The notes: a model not told the origin generated them from the letters alone. A stretch of 64,000 nt of DNA from Octopus sinensis (GCF_006345805.1 NC_043008.1:11160001-11224000), one strand, 5' to 3'; shown: positions 49,941-64,000, numbered from the stretch's first letter. Program-made: numbers and translations.

Positions 49941-51399
49941 ACAATAATAAAAATAATGATATATGAAATTAGTCGCGTGTATTGAATGAACTAATTTGCT
50001 GTTCAACAAGATAGAGAATGTTTCTCAACATTGCTAACAAATTTTACGCTGTTAATTACCTCACATTTTGATTAACTAATACTATGATTGCGTAATTCAA
50101 TCCGCCAACTATATAACTTTATTTGTTTACTATATAATATATATTATACAAGCATACTCACCACCATAAATCATACATACATACATACATACGTACATAT
50201 ATCTGTACATATGTATCGACAGAAAACACAAATAATATATACACAAATACATACACTTATGCATCTATATGTGTACGTACATATAAATATGTAGGCGCGT
50301 GTATATATGTATATCTATATATATATTCACGCATATATGCATGTATGGATGTATATGAGTATAAGGTACAGTATTCGCATGTATATCTGTATAGGTGGAT
50401 ATATCCAGGGGAAAGGAGCTTACTAATTACAGAAGATCAATACAGCGAATAAAAAACTTTTTTTCACCTCACAGCATTTCGCTTACTTTTTTTTCCGAGG
50501 TACCAACTGAAAAATATAATAAAAAATCAACGTTGAGATTGAAAAAATATATCTTTAAAAAAAACACAAACTTGTATAAAATGAATGTAAACACACTATT
50601 ACTGAAATAACCGATTCTAATTTTATAAGGAATGGTTTTAGGTGAATGGGAAGACATTTCAACTTAAAATCAATAACCTTATAGGGTATTACGTCCTGTG
50701 TTATTGATCTCATATCGAACACAGATCTTTTAATGTAGTTAAAACTAATCAAAGCTTTTATGCAGAATCGGTAGCAATTTTAAATTCTGGATGTGTGTAT
50801 GTATATAAGTTGTGTTTTATACAATGCAATATCTTTAGTTGAAGGAGTAGTTGTAGTATATGTAGAAATATATTTGGTTAAAAGGGGAGAAATGCAAATT
50901 CAACCTCTATTATTTGCTATACCGAAATTTAATCAATTAAATACAACCGCTAATAATTACAACCTTAACATTTAATGGGAAATAGATAAAAGAATGAAAA
51001 ACACTGTCAGAGAAAGTTCTTGAATATATTGAACTAGAGATAATAGATATCTCTGTCTTAGAGACACGCACGCCTCGCTATATACATACATACATATATA
51101 CATACATACATAGATACATAGATACATATATACATAGATACATACATAGATACATACATACATACATACATACATACATACATACATACATACATACACT
51201 CGCTTGTAATTCGAGAAAGTGAATATGAAAGAACATTGTTTGTAGAATGATTGCATGTAAATTTATATCGGGAAAAAATATTCATTCGTTTCAGGTGACG
51301 CAAAAGATTGTAAACCACTTAAATATCTGCAAAGTAAAGACGAGTCCAGCCTGAAAACAACACTGCACTTTCACAGGGAACACTTATGTGCCAAATAGA

Positions 51400-51790
51400 T
51401 TTAGTGATTTTTTAAAACATATAAATGATTGTCCTTTTCGTTTCACCTTGAAAATTTACATTGCAAATACATTCGTCGATGAAGTATAAATTCTGTCCTG
51501 TAACACCATATGCTAATTTATTTGATTTAAAATATTTTCGGTTTCCGATTTGTCGCCATGTTTCTTCATTTATGATAGTGATGTCACTCCCCGTGTCTGA
51601 TTGTATTTTTACGCTAGTAGTTTCGATGCTCACCTTGATGAATTTTCTGTTTGTTGTCCAAATATTTTTTCTCTGATGACAAACTATTCAATCTTTCTCG
51701 TTTGGTAAAAGTCTTTGTTATCTCAGTTCTGCATTGCGATTTAATCTGTCCTGTGTTCCTGCAACGAAAACATTTTGCTTTTTTGAACGG
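51400..51790 (-). mobile_element. Gypsy-type LTR retrotransposon gag-protease remnant
   Basis: IQSDTGSDITIINEETWRQIG (aspartic protease DTG motif), AYGVTG, and an upstream decayed knuckle CRNTGQIKSQC. Confidence 0.8.
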
Positions 51791-53836
51791 ACACTATTTT
51801 CTCAGGTGTTTAGATCGTAAATAACACACATCTTCAAATACATGTCAGTGTTAAATGAAAACAACATAAGATCAAATATAAAAGAATAGACTGTGTACCA
51901 TGATGCATATCTGGCTTTGAAATTTGTCCTTTGTGCATCTCAGAGAAATATATCCGATGTGACTAACCATAATTCCCATTTCATTATTACTGACCGGTAT
52001 AAAACATACACAAGCACGCACGCACGCACTCACACACGCTCACACACACATACACACGCATTCATATGGACTCACGCGTACATGCTTACTCACGTGTGAT
52101 TAAATGTGAGTGAATGTCTCATATGCATGTGCATATGCATTATATTCTGTGCATATCCTAAAGAAATTACAATGAGCACACACTGTTCATTATAATTCAA
52201 CAACTGCGTATTTGTATTTTGATCATTACAGTTATTAATTCTAAAATCGCTTTTTCAAATCTGTATTACGAGAAGATCTAAAGATGTCTACCAAAATATA
52301 TTATAGTAAACTAACTTCTTAATTATTTAATTCAATTAAATATTATCTCGTTTTCTATATAAGAGGATTTGACGTATACGAGACATTGCGAAAAGTATTA
52401 AAAATGTTTTATCACAAACAGACTCTCAGTGGTAATTGTAATTCACGAGTTAAAATGTATTCATTTGTCATTGTTAAATGTAAAAGATACCTATAATTAA
52501 TACGCATATCCCTTTTGTTTATTTAATAAATATTTTCAAGTTAATTATTACTGTTTACGCCGATATAGATACTTCAGTCTCTGTCTTCCGAAATTTATAT
52601 AAACTGTTTCTAGAAAACAAAAACATTATTGTAAACTAAATACTGTTCAGGATATTATTTTTTGTTTGTAAATGATATTTAATTCAATATACACTTTCAC
52701 TTTTCACTTGTTGATTTTTTTCTATTAATTTATATTCTTGCATCTTATATTGATTTATTTCATTTATTTAATTATTCAATTCATACCTTCTTCTACACCT
52801 GAACACATACTTTGTTTACATTCATAAAAGAAATTGACACCCTTTTCGATTTTATATGTTCCTAACCAATATAGGGTATCTATTATAAATATTTTATACA
52901 TAACTCTGTTAAAACACATAAAACAACAAATCACCAGCAATGGACACCTTATTCTTTACAATTACAGTTGTTTATTAGATGAACAATATTCAGAAAGTAT
53001 TCTATACATGAATAAGAATATAAAAACGAAATATGCTTTCCATTCATCAACACTTGCGGTGTTTCATAAGTGGATTATATAACAACGTTTCGTTAGTAGA
53101 TAATTTGAAAGAAATGTTTACTTGTTTAAATAATGACTCACTTTATCAGTAAACTTGACATGTGTACAAATAAGTTACCGTCTCAAAATATAGTTATAAC
53201 AATTCTCTACACAGTTTAATTTCTACTCATAAGAAATTCATGAGCATGTTTGTCTTTTTCACCTCGCCTTCCTCTCTTTTTTGTCTGTAGTTTTATACAT
53301 ACACGCATATACTCGCAAATGCATATACATGCGTATGTGAAAAACAGTATTTACTATGGTTCTATCAATATCATTCTAACCAAAGTGTTTTTATTCCCCA
53401 ATACCATCGTTAAAACTTTTATTAAGCCAACATTGATGAAATTAAAAAAAAGAAAATCGTATTTTTTAAATAACTTCTTTCTAAAAGTACACAGAAATAT
53501 CAATAGATTTTTCTTCAGAAGATTTGAAATATTCGTTTTCGCTAATTTAGTTTAGTTTTTAAACTTATATTTCTTAATAAATATATTAAAAAAACGTGGT
53601 GTATCTAGCTAACAATATATCTATAGGGGCATCTGTGTCTGTCTGTTTGATTATCATTTTTTCTCTTTTTCCCTCATATTTCTTTCTTTCTCTCCATTTC
53701 TTTTATTTTGTTTTCGTCTCGTTCTTTCCTCTCTATCTGATTTTTCGTTTCTTTTTTTCTCGTTCTCGTTCTCTCTCCTTCCTTGTTTTCTCCCCCCCCC
53801 CAACAAAACCTGTCCACATTAGGTCCTTCCTTTCTA

Positions 53837-54907
53837 TTAGGTTGTTCCGAAGATAATGGCCACTATAATTGTGGTGTCTGAAACGTAATTTTGTCATTGT
53901 AATTTGAATATATTTTAGGTGATTTTCCAAATACTTAATAATTAATCTATGCTATTTAATAATTTTCTGCTTATTTCAGACAGAAAACATTCTTGAAGCA
54001 TAGGCGTCCCTAATTATCAACATAACAAAGAAGGACCTTCGTTTACTTTTCTTGCATGAGTGAAAGCTTGGACACACCTCCCAAACTGCTGCCAATATCA
54101 AAAGTGCATGAGGAGAGGGATCCATAAGTCGTCGCACAGTACGAACGAGGTTTTAGAAATTCCGTAGTGGTAATGAAAGCCTTGAAGATGAAGAAGGTAG
54201 AGGACGGTCAGGCAGTGTTTAAAATGGACAATTGAAAGCAATTGTTGAACAAAACCCATATCAAAGTGTTATAGAAATGTCTCAGGCACTTGGTGTCGCT
54301 ATTGCAACGGTCTCACGTAATTTGAAGAAGATTGGTATGGTGAAAAAGCTCAATAAATGAGTACCGCATGAGTTCAATGAAAATCAAAAGTTCGCCGTTT
54401 TGATGTGTGCTCGATGCTCTTTCTGCGAAATGCCAGCGATCCTTTTCTTGACCGAATAGTCACTTGTGAAGAAAAGAGGATCCTTTATGATAACTGTAAA
54501 CGATCAGGTCAATGGCTTGATTGCGAGGAGTCCCCCAAACATTTCCCAAAACCTAAATTGCATCAGCTAAAGATCGTGGTGACTGTCCGGTGGTCTGCAC
54601 TTGGTGTTGTCCATTACAGCCTTCTGGAAGCCTATCAGAGCATTACACTGACTACCAGTTTTTAAAGTATTTAAACACATTTTCAAGTGATAAAACTTTC
54701 AGGTCCAAACCAGAGGTGGAATCAGATTTCTTAGCGCCAAAGCCAATAGGTTTTCATCAACGAGGTACAAATAATCTCGTTGATCGATGGCAGAGATGCA
54801 TACATGTTCACGGCTCATACTTAGACTAATCACAACATTTCTATTGTTAATTTTTCCAAAATTTAATTACGTTTCTGAAATCGCCCATTATTTTCTGAAC
54901 AACCAAA
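53837..54907 (+). mobile_element. Decayed mariner transposon with internal deletion
   Basis: KFRSGNESLEDEEGRGR, *VPHE, FLDRIVTCEEKRILYDN, PKPKLHQ, RWQRCI; imperfect TIRs taggttgttccgaagataatgg and ccattattttctgaacaaccaa; the region of the later catalytic aspartates is deleted. Confidence 0.9.
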
Positions 54908-55659
54908 CAGGATTTCGGAAATATATTTGAAACATTATTTGCTTGTGTGATTTTCAAGAAATATACTAACATACTATTGTCACTTTCGTAAAAGCAAGTA
55001 CATTTACTAGTTTTGTCGCAGGATATACTTTGTTGATTGCGAGCATAAACCTGCAGCCATCCAATATATATTCATCGTTCCCTTTAGAACATGCCAATTC
55101 TCTGTCAGACCTGAAATTCGCTATGTCAATAAACAAAATTTCAAGCACGAAGCTTGCCAAAGTATGCTATTTATCTATTTATGGCTACATTCAAATACGG
55201 TCAGTTGTTGTGCGATTCTTTGTACATAAAACGTTTTTTTCCCTGATTAATGTCAACTTACGACATCAAGATATCATAGATTCACCTGTGCCTTTACAGA
55301 GATTATTGTATGGTCGAAATTTCCTATTTAGAGAAAGTATATCTTGCTGAATAGTGGGATTTGAAAGAAGTAAAAACGAAAATGCAACTTCAGTTTAAAG
55401 TTCCTGTTATGTAAATATTGTTTACGTAACTTCTACGAATGCATTTCCTGAGTATATATTTATATGTTGTTGAAGCAACATATTACATGTGCCGTTCATA
55501 AGACACCGGGTCACATACTAGTATACACACAAGCGCGAGCAAAATCAGACACACGCACACACACACACACACGCTCATACGTGTCTGCAGCGAGGCCGCT
55601 AAGGCTGAATTTGCAGGTTTACAAGTTACATTTAATTCTCTTGGCTTTAAAGGCGATGG

Positions 55660-55975
55660 TAGCATTAGACAGATGTCAAATGTGCAAGTGTGTTGAAACC
55701 AGTCTAAAAGCACTCCCTTCGCTAGTCCTCACGTCCAGGATCACCAATTTACCTTCCGGGTCCAGGAAGATTATCTGTAGCTTGAGATGGAGTCTTTCCC
55801 TGAGCAGCATTGCCAACCCGCCTCCCATTCCCGGCCGACTAAGATATGTGTAAATCTCAAAATTGGGAGCGGATTTGCGTGAGTCAGAAACCCTGGTTTC
55901 GCCAACGGCTACGTAGCTAGCTGGAGTCATTGAGCATGTATCCCTGCTTCTAGAGTAACTTCAAGCCTGCTGGCT
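55660..55975 (-). mobile_element. L1/Tx1-like AP endonuclease N-terminal fragment
   Basis: GLK...YVAVGETR...GGGLAMLLR...DPEGKLVILDV...FRLVS pattern of APE motifs I-III. Confidence 0.7.
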
Positions 55976-56124
55976 GGTATAATTTACATGTACAAAGTAT
56001 AGTAAAGTTTTCAATTATAAAATTTATACAATATTCGTATGCATATTTGCGACATAGTTCGTGTTTCCACTTCGACTTCAAACAGTTAAACTCGAACAGA
56101 AAATCGACCGGTAATTGCCATTTC

Positions 56125-56275
56125 TTTTCTATTCTAGGCACGAAATGTTTGGAGATGGGGCCAGTCGATTAGTTCGACCTAGGTACACAACTGGTACTTA
56201 ATTTATCGACCCCGAAAGGATGAAAGGCGAAGTAGACCCTGGCGGAATTTGAACTCAGAACCTAAAGATAGACGA
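56125..56275 (-). mobile_element. Group B SINE, 5' truncated
   Basis: ctggtacttaatttatcgaccccgaaaggatgaaagg...ggcggaatttgaactcagaac. Confidence 0.8.
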
Positions 56276-57160
56276 CGTGATGGTGATGCTACTGTCGGCT
56301 GGGATAGTGAAACTGTTGTTGGGAGTGGTGTGTTATTGTTGCTACTACTGCTATCCGCCTCCATGAGTTCAATCCTACTAGTCTTCTCTGTTCTAGAGCC
56401 ACTGCGCTTTTGTTTGGTGTCTTCTTTTCTTTCCTTTAATGGGTGGGGCAACTATTTGCCAATTCTGTTCCTCCCCATCCCCTTTATTTTCGTGGTCCGA
56501 AAAAGGGAGGGGTATGTTTTGCGAAAGTTTTTGATTCATTATTGAAATTGTTGTAGCTGTTGTTTTGTGGTTTCCTGAATTGCTCCTTACACGCGAGGGG
56601 CAAGTCTTGCAGAGCTTTTTGTGGTTTTCTTCTGTTGATTAATTTTATGTTGTTGTTTCGGAGGGTCCGGATGCCGTTGTTGTACTGATGTCGATGCCGG
56701 TTGTTTCTCTGTTGTTGTTTCCACTATTGTTCTTGGATTTGCTGCTGTTACCGCTGACAATGCTTCTATGATCGCAGATGCTACTACTACAGTTACTGTT
56801 GTTTTTGCAGCTGCAGACGACACCAGCTTCTGCTATTGTTGTTGTGGTAGTGGTGGTGGTGGTGGTGGTGGTGATGCTGGGAAGAGTGAAGGTCTCTCCA
56901 CTTTATTTTGTTGTGGGTAGTAAGCCTTTAGATGGTTTGTGCACCCGCACAGGTGACAGCTTGCCGTTTTGCTTTCGACAGCTACGTGTCGTTTTGACAT
57001 ATCCAGTAGGCTTATATCACCCGGGACACCTTCCACGCATTGCTGCTCAGTTTGTATTAGCAGCTGAATCCCTTGACCTAACCAGTTCTGCTTGAGAATC
57101 TTATTTCCAGGATTTTGGTTTCCTCCTACATGTCTACGAGGATTGTAGATACTAACCAAC
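56276..57160 (-). mobile_element. L1/Tx1-like ORF1 remnant with zinc knuckle
   Basis: VAVESKTASCHLCGCTNHLKAYYP is CX2CX4HX4C with the last Cys mutated (~56917-56958); followed by P/T/Q/K-rich low-complexity tail; same strand as and upstream of the APE fragment. Confidence 0.6.
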
Positions 57161-57224
57161 AGATGTTAATTTATGGTGGGATATCGAGTTTTCTGATTCT
57201 GTACACTCTACTCCCCAGGTAGGT

Positions 57225-57402
57225 AGGTATGTATGTATGTAGGTAGGTAGGTGGGTAGGTAGGAAGGTAGGTAGGTAGGTAGGTAGGTAGGTTGGTAGGT
57301 AGATAGGTAGGTAGGTAGGAAGGTAGGTAGGTAGGTAGGTAGGTAGATATGTAGGTAGGAAGGTAGGTAGGTAGGTAGGTAGGTTGGTAGATAGGTAGGT
57401 AA
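57225..57402. repeat. (TAGG)n tetranucleotide microsatellite
   Basis: Directly visible. Confidence 0.95.
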
Positions 57403-57422
57403 GTATAAAAATTATTTCTTCA

Positions 57423-57542
57423 ATCGTCAGGGATGAAATGTAAATCGACCTCGGCGGAATTTGAACTCAGAACGTGCCAACGGGCGAAATGCCACTAAGC
57501 ATTTCAACCCGCGCGCAAACGATTCTGCCAGCTCCCCGCCTT
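57423..57542 (-). mobile_element. Group B SINE head fragment
   Basis: gacctcggcggaatttgaactcagaacg...ctgccagctccccgcctt. Confidence 0.8.
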
Positions 57543-57567
57543 AGTAATAATGATAACGATGATGTTG

Positions 57568-57630
<63 letters not shown>

Positions 57631-57656
57631 TTAATAATAATAATAATAAAAATAAT

Positions 57657-58122
57657 AGGTATAAAAGATGGGCTACAGCAAATATTCTGCTCAATACCAC
57701 AGATTTGCTTGTCAGTTGTTTGACCTTAACCAGTTGATTATGTCCCTTAGTGGCTGATGATATGTGCATATCTGATCACGAACAGAAGTAATGAAGGAGC
57801 ATCAAAGCCATGTGTTGAAAGGAATTCTTGGAGGTTTGGATAATTCACCTCTGGAAACATGGGTGGTTCTTTCAACATCCTCAAACAACACATATTCAGG
57901 GACCTTTTGAGCGGGATGGGCTACTCAACCTGAAGAAAATTCTAACTGGGCCCCACCTGCAAGGTCATGTGCTGTTTATCTTGATATGAGATCACCATGT
58001 CGCGCACATACGATGCATGTGCCTGGTGTACCCTTATCAGACGGGTAGTCATGATGGGTATATTGGGCTTCGTATATTTTACCCCAATGTCACTTTGATG
58101 GCATGCACTGCTCTCTCACTCA
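57657..58122. mobile_element. Unclassified ~470-bp element embedded in (TAA)n
   Basis: Complex non-coding sequence with (TAA)n tracts on both sides; a Dong/R4 3' UTR origin is inferred only from the target type. Confidence 0.4.
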
Positions 58123-58147
58123 ATAATAATGATAATAATAATAATAA

Positions 58148-58328
58148 TCCTTTCTACTATAGGCACAAGGTTTGATGTTTTGGAGGAGGGACTTGTCGAT
58201 TACAGCAACCTCGAAAGGATGGCAAGCAAAGTTGACCTCGGCGGAATTTGAACTCAGAACGTAACGACGGACGAAATAACGCCAATCATTTTGTCCACCG
58301 TGCTAACGATTCTGCGGGTCGCCGCCTT
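58148..58328 (-). mobile_element. Group B SINE monomer, internally deleted
   Basis: Tail aggcacaagg, body gacctcggcggaatttgaactc, head gccgcctt. Confidence 0.8.
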
Positions 58329-58330
58329 AA

Positions 58331-58362
<32 letters not shown>

Positions 58363-58395
58363 ATAATAATAATGATAATAATAATGATAATAATC

Positions 58396-58437
<42 letters not shown>

Positions 58438-59365
58438 TAATAATAATGACGATGATGATGTAAAAAATTAACATAAATCTTATATTATATTAGTTGTTAA
58501 TTGCTTCTAGTGTTTATGCTAACTTAGAAATATTTGTGAGTCTTGACATTAGTTTCAGGTCGAATACAATATATATAAATTTGATAACAAAAATAAATAA
58601 AGACTAAAATGTAAAGCTGCAAAATCAAAACCAACCCAAGATATCAGTGATTGGAATCGCATTGTAAAACAATAGTTCCTGACATCATAGGTTTATTCAA
58701 TAATGTTTTTAGATATTGACCAAACAAACCGGTAAATAATTGCATAGTCGTGACATAAGTCTATGAACTTACGACCTCCAACCAGAAAACCCGAGAATAC
58801 ATTGATATTTGCTTGGTAAATAAAGATTTCTTGCTAACCAATAGTGAGTAAGTGAGTATAAATTATAACGTTACGTCTTTCGAAGTTATTGAAAATAGAA
58901 AAAAATCGATAGAAGTAGGAAATTAGTATAATAAATAAAGGAAGCAATGTCACTTTGAGTGGTTTTGTGATATAACGTTTAACTAAACTGCCTTTTAGAA
59001 AACATATCTTTGTAAATGATTGATTTATATTCACATGGTATTACAATATTATGGGTTCAATAGAGTTTATATATAGAATAACAAAAGTTAAAAGAATATC
59101 TGTACTAGGCATCTCTTCTTTGGCGTTCGGTTATAAACACATTTTTATAGCTTATTAAGATTAGTAAAAATGATGAACCAAGCCAATCTACATAACACGT
59201 AGCCTATCAGATATTTTTCTTTTCACCATAGACGACTAGCCCCACCATTCTTATCATCAGCACCTGTACTTGACTGTCTTGGGTCATAAGAGACCCATTT
59301 TACATGGCGTCTATGCGAACGAGATCTGAAGATTGCCCTTGAACTGGACAGTGGTCCATGACAAG

Positions 59366-59510
59366 CTTATTCATTCACAGCTGAGGGGACCAGTGTGAAA
59401 TGAAGTATTTTGTACAAGAATAAATACAACGCCCTTTCCAGTTCGTTTATTGAACCTAAAATCTTGTGATCTCGAGTGTAACATCCAAACCACTTCACCA
59501 CGCACCTACA
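59366..59510 (-). mobile_element. Old group D-like SINE fragment
   Basis: Minus strand gtaggtgcgtggtgaagtggtt...aaatacttcatttcacact...ctcagctg. Confidence 0.55.
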
Positions 59511-59520
59511 TGATATATAC

Positions 59521-59639
59521 TGCAAAATTGCGTCTTCTTCTGATGGTTGTGGGGAACGTGTGATGTCGAGGTTCTTTGGAAAAGTGGCGTGGAGTTTTTG
59601 ACTATAAATATTTACTGGCAACCGTGTTACAACAAAACC
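59521..59639 (-). CDS. Candidate host exon, 119 nt (GFVVTRLPVNIYSQKLHATFPKNLDITRSPQPSEEDAIL)
   Basis: Strong acceptor tattttctctttttcacag; only one open frame; weak donor CA|gtatat; product not recognised. Confidence 0.35.
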
Positions 59640-59785
59640 CTGTGAAAAAGAGAAAATAGTAACAACAAAAACAACAACAACAGCAACAATAAATATAATA
59701 ATAATAATCATAATAAAAATAATAATAATAATAATAATAATAATGATAATAATAACGATAATAATAATAATAATAAAAATAATGA

Positions 59786-59826
<41 letters not shown>

Positions 59827-60219
59827 ATAATAATAATAATAATAAATAAAATATGGAACTGCATCCAACCTTTCTACATATAATAAAGGCTTAGGTGCGG
59901 CAATGTTTCAAAGGGATTAATAAAGTAATTGAAAAATTACTCAAATTATTTGCCGATGAATAAGGGTAATTCGGGAGATTTGTTATGGTTGTGAAAATCA
60001 GCTACAGATGAACAATGTCCTAATCAAGACCGTATAATTAGGATATAGGTATTGAGCTTGCCATTGATTGATTGTGTTTCTCCACGTAGCTCATAAGATC
60101 TATTACTCATAATTTATCAGAATTAGCTGGTGATTCAAACAGGTTATGAATAATTATAACATTATGGGAATATATTTCCGATGAAATTTTAAAAAAAGAA
60201 TTATAAACCAGGCTGTATA

Positions 60220-60629
60220 CTCTTACTCTGTTACGTATTTCACTCATTTGACTGTGGTCATGCTGGAGGACCACCTTTAGTCGAGCACATCGACCCCAGG
60301 ACTTATTATTTTCCAGCCTAGTACTTATTCTATCGGTCGCTTTTGCCGCACCACTAAGTTACGGGGAAGTAACCACACCAGCATCGATTGTCAATCGATA
60401 TTGGGGGGACAAACACAAACACACAAAACATATACACATACATATATATATATATATACATATATACGAAGGGCTTCTTTCAGTTTCCGTCAACCAAATC
60501 CACTTGCAAGACTTCGGTTCGCCGAGGCTATAGTAGAAGACACTTACCTAAGGTGCCACGCAGTGGGACTGAACCTGGAACCATGTGGTTCATAAGCAAG
60601 CTAGTTACCACACAGCTACTCCTACACCT
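60220..60629 (-). mobile_element. tRNA-derived SINE, group A
   Basis: Reverse complement collinear with the 14261-14668 copy. Confidence 0.85.
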
Positions 60630-61756
60630 TGTGATAATAATTACAATATTCCAAGAGGACATCCAATCTTTAATTCTCTGTCATCTAGCTCAAAGACTTG
60701 TATACAAATATATTTTCATATGCAGTCTCAGGGGTACGTTGTAGGTAATAAACAAAACGTGACACTATAAAGAGTTCACGGATAGTATACAGTTAATATG
60801 GTGTTGAGATTAGAATAATTAACCTTGAAGAGACAGAAATCAATTAAGTTAAATAATACAACGTAACAGAAAACACAATGCCAAAACGTACACGTAAAAC
60901 AGATCCATAACCACTTGGGAATCAAAGAACTGCAGAAGAAAGTAAATTTGTTATGAAGACAATAGATGCCGTTTAAACATTTAAAACTGTTTTAAAATAT
61001 CTATTGTGAGTACAGAAATATTTCTTGTTCTGAAATATGGATAATTATCAAAGAAGAAACTATTTTTTTTAATAACGTCGTCTCTAACTTAATTTTGATT
61101 TTGATAATCTGATAATTTGAGAGCATTTCATGTTGACACTTTTGATACCAATTTTCCTTCACTTTAATATTATATTTACCTTTCTTTGCAGTGTTGAGTT
61201 CACGTGTTTAAATCCTTCTCAAGTACTGTAACTTGCAGTTACCCATATGTTCTTCATGCAGAATTCACACTCGATGGAATTTTAAAAGTCAAAAGATTTC
61301 AAAATATAAGCTGAAGTGGGAGGGACGTTTTAGAGAAAACACCATATTCTATTTTAGCTAACTTCAAAAATCTATACTCTATCATATGTCATTCTGTATT
61401 TTACGTTAAATTATGACGTCTCCAGTTTTATTTAAAGTTGTATGTACTTAAATGATTGTGGCCTAAAATGTAAAGAATCAAACTGCCACGAAAATACGAT
61501 GACAAAACAAAAGGAAAAAAAAAAACATAGCAAAAATATACTAATCCCCCTAAGAAGTTTCTACCATAAGTAATTGATTTCGAAGCTCTCATGAAACAGA
61601 CTTGCATGTATCACGACTTGGAAACACATGCTCACACACACACACACACACACATACACGCACACACACACATCGCATACACACACCACACACACATCGT
61701 ATACACACACCACACACACACACCACACACACACACATCACACATGCACGCACCTG

Positions 61757-61787
<31 letters not shown>

Positions 61788-62774
61788 ATAACAAAATAAT
61801 AAATAAAACATGCATATATACATACTTATATGTACGTACCTACATCTATATGTATATATACATGCATATATGGTTACAGGACATCAAAAAGAAACGTCGA
61901 ACACAATGAGAAACGAAAAGATAAAAACAAAACCATGGAAACGGACATTTTTTTTTAAACAACGAAAAAACAGAGTACAAGACATACAACACAAGGAAAA
62001 TTCCCCCTCTTCAGCCGCCTCTGCTTCGTCTACTCCGTGTTTCATACGTGTGTTAAGTGACTACACATGTACGCATATATACGTACACGCAAACCCTCCT
62101 ACATGTATGTCTGTAAAATGCAATATTCTCTTTTGAATTTTTGCACCATATGATCTCGTCTTTTCGTATTCTTCATATTCTTTCTTTCGTAAAAACGTTT
62201 TTTTTCCTTGGCAACTATTATATTCTATTTGTAACATTTTCCTCCAGTGCCTTATGACATAGAAAAAAAAAAGACATTTGTGTTGTCTGATATATCAAAG
62301 CGAACATTTCTATTTTTTGTATTTATTCTTCGATCTACATCTACTTTTTTGTTTGCAACAATAAATAATAAATAATGTTTCAAACATGATTCCTATTAAT
62401 TATATGTTGGAGTGGAAATGTATAAAGTCCGAGGTTAATGAATAAATGTAACTTAATTACAGACCAACAAACCTATTTCATCTTCTCTGTTAGATTATCT
62501 AGAGATCAATTAGTTCGTTAGTCATTGAAAGCGGTTTCCAATCAATTCATTAATCTCGTATTTGATATTTTATTTAGAAAAATATGAGATACATAATAAC
62601 GACAAAAGTGTTTACGAGTGGTTGTATTAATATTTATCTAAATTCACGATAATTCATTAAGTCACGTATGTAATCATAGAACGATGTCGACTGAATTGCT
62701 TCGAATGGATAAATTATTGTTATATCTAATATTGAACTCAATACTTCTGCTTGCAGGAATTTCAACGCCTTTTG

Positions 62775-63098
62775 AAGGTGGCGAGCTGGCAGAAACTTTA
62801 GCACGCCGGGCGAAATGCCAAGACGTATTGTCGTCTGCCGCTACGTTCTGGGTTCAAATTCCGCCGAGGTCGACTTTGCCTTTCATCTTTTCGGGGGTCG
62901 ATAAATTAAGTACCAGTTACGCACTGGGGTCGATATTATCGACTTAATCCATTTGTCTGTCCTTGTTTGTTCTCTCTGTGTTTAGCCCCTTGTGGGTAGT
63001 AAAGAAATATGTATTTCGTCTGCCGTTACGTTCTGAGTTCAAATTCCGCCGAGGTCGACTTTGCGTTTGATCCCTTCGGGGTCGATAAATTAAGTACC
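62775..63098 (+). mobile_element. Group B SINE, head plus 1.5 tandem units
   Basis: aaggtggcgagctggcagaaac head; gttcaaattccgccgaggtcgactttg occurs twice. Confidence 0.85.
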
Positions 63099-64000
63099 TT
63101 TGTATCTATATGTGAGTTTGTATGCATATGTATCTAAATGTGTGGTTGTCTGCGTATGTATCTGAATGTGTGTTTGTATGCGTATGTATCTATATGTGTA
63201 TGTTCCTTAACGGTTGATGATTGAGTTTCTTATTTCTTTATTGCCCACAAGGGGCTAAACAAAGAGGAGACAAACAACTCGCCTCTTGGTGATTGAGACT
63301 CTTGTAACTCTGAATGCTAAACGAGTGTGAATTACATGTATGCAATTTCGTGAATAAAGAGATGACATGTTATGAGTGTAAACTAAGAGAGGTCTTATGA
63401 ATAACACGACCTAGCGTGAATCATTGTGTTATAACTCTGGTTTCATTAATGCCCCAATATCTAGTGTTCATAATAGATCACGTCAAGAGATGCACATCTT
63501 TTAGTGGGAAACATTTACATGTAGATAGTTACAACTGCATGACATCAAATTACGTGATTCACAGCCAGCTTTGATTTCGATGCCGGAAACCCATTGTTAA
63601 CAGCAGGTGTAACTTTTATTTTTTTAGTATCTTGTGATCATTCGTTTTAATATTTGAGAAAATGCTTACTAATTACTCACCATTCCATTTTAGAGAGACT
63701 AAGAGGTAATATGTAACGTCTGTTTGGGACGAAGGAGTAAGATTTTCTTGTGTCTCATAATGGATGTGGAATGGTGTACTGGGTCAAAATAGATATCACA
63801 AATTCACAAGAAGATTTCATCTCTTACATGTATGTGTTTCCGTGGTGTGGTGCTGTTTATATTTGAAACCCCTAGGTTGTAAAGATTTCTCCATTGTTCG
63901 GGAATGAAAAATAGACAATCTTATGCAAATAACCAAACCATGGTTAAATTTAGATATTTAAATATTTTGATTTATACACGTCCACTGACTCTAGCTTCAT

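Overview
AT-rich, microsatellite-saturated animal genomic DNA, almost all repeat or intron/intergenic. The SINE families and the LINE mix suggest an octopus (cephalopod) genome; that is inference from recalled repeat sequences, not a database result. Nearly all ORF-track entries are microsatellite artefacts. Real content: about 25 tRNA-derived SINE copies in four groups, several with clear TSDs and two nested SINE-in-SINE insertions; decayed LINE fragments (R4/Dong-like, RTE, CR1, Tx1/L1-like, Penelope GIY-YIG); a Gypsy protease fragment; three mariner-type elements; a Tc1/mariner-superfamily transposase remnant; a non-autonomous Helitron; and a few weakly supported candidate host exons. Main discovery: three sequence-unrelated non-coding repeat families carry type I hammerhead ribozyme (HHR) motifs, 10 motifs plus 1 degenerate. 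(i) Two ~98% identical 353-bp-period elements (20118-20601, 45323-45797) have a fully canonical HHR. (ii) A 4 x ~396 bp tandem array (41671-43267) has one HHR per monomer. (iii) A 2 x ~433 bp array of 151-bp-arm palindromes (26355-27185) has HHRs on both strands. Most motifs have a palindromic stem-III loop, and every element ends 3' in a (TA)n tract. This matches Penelope pseudo-LTR / non-LTR retrozyme architecture and predicts small self-cleaved, possibly circular RNAs. No folding, alignment or database search was run.
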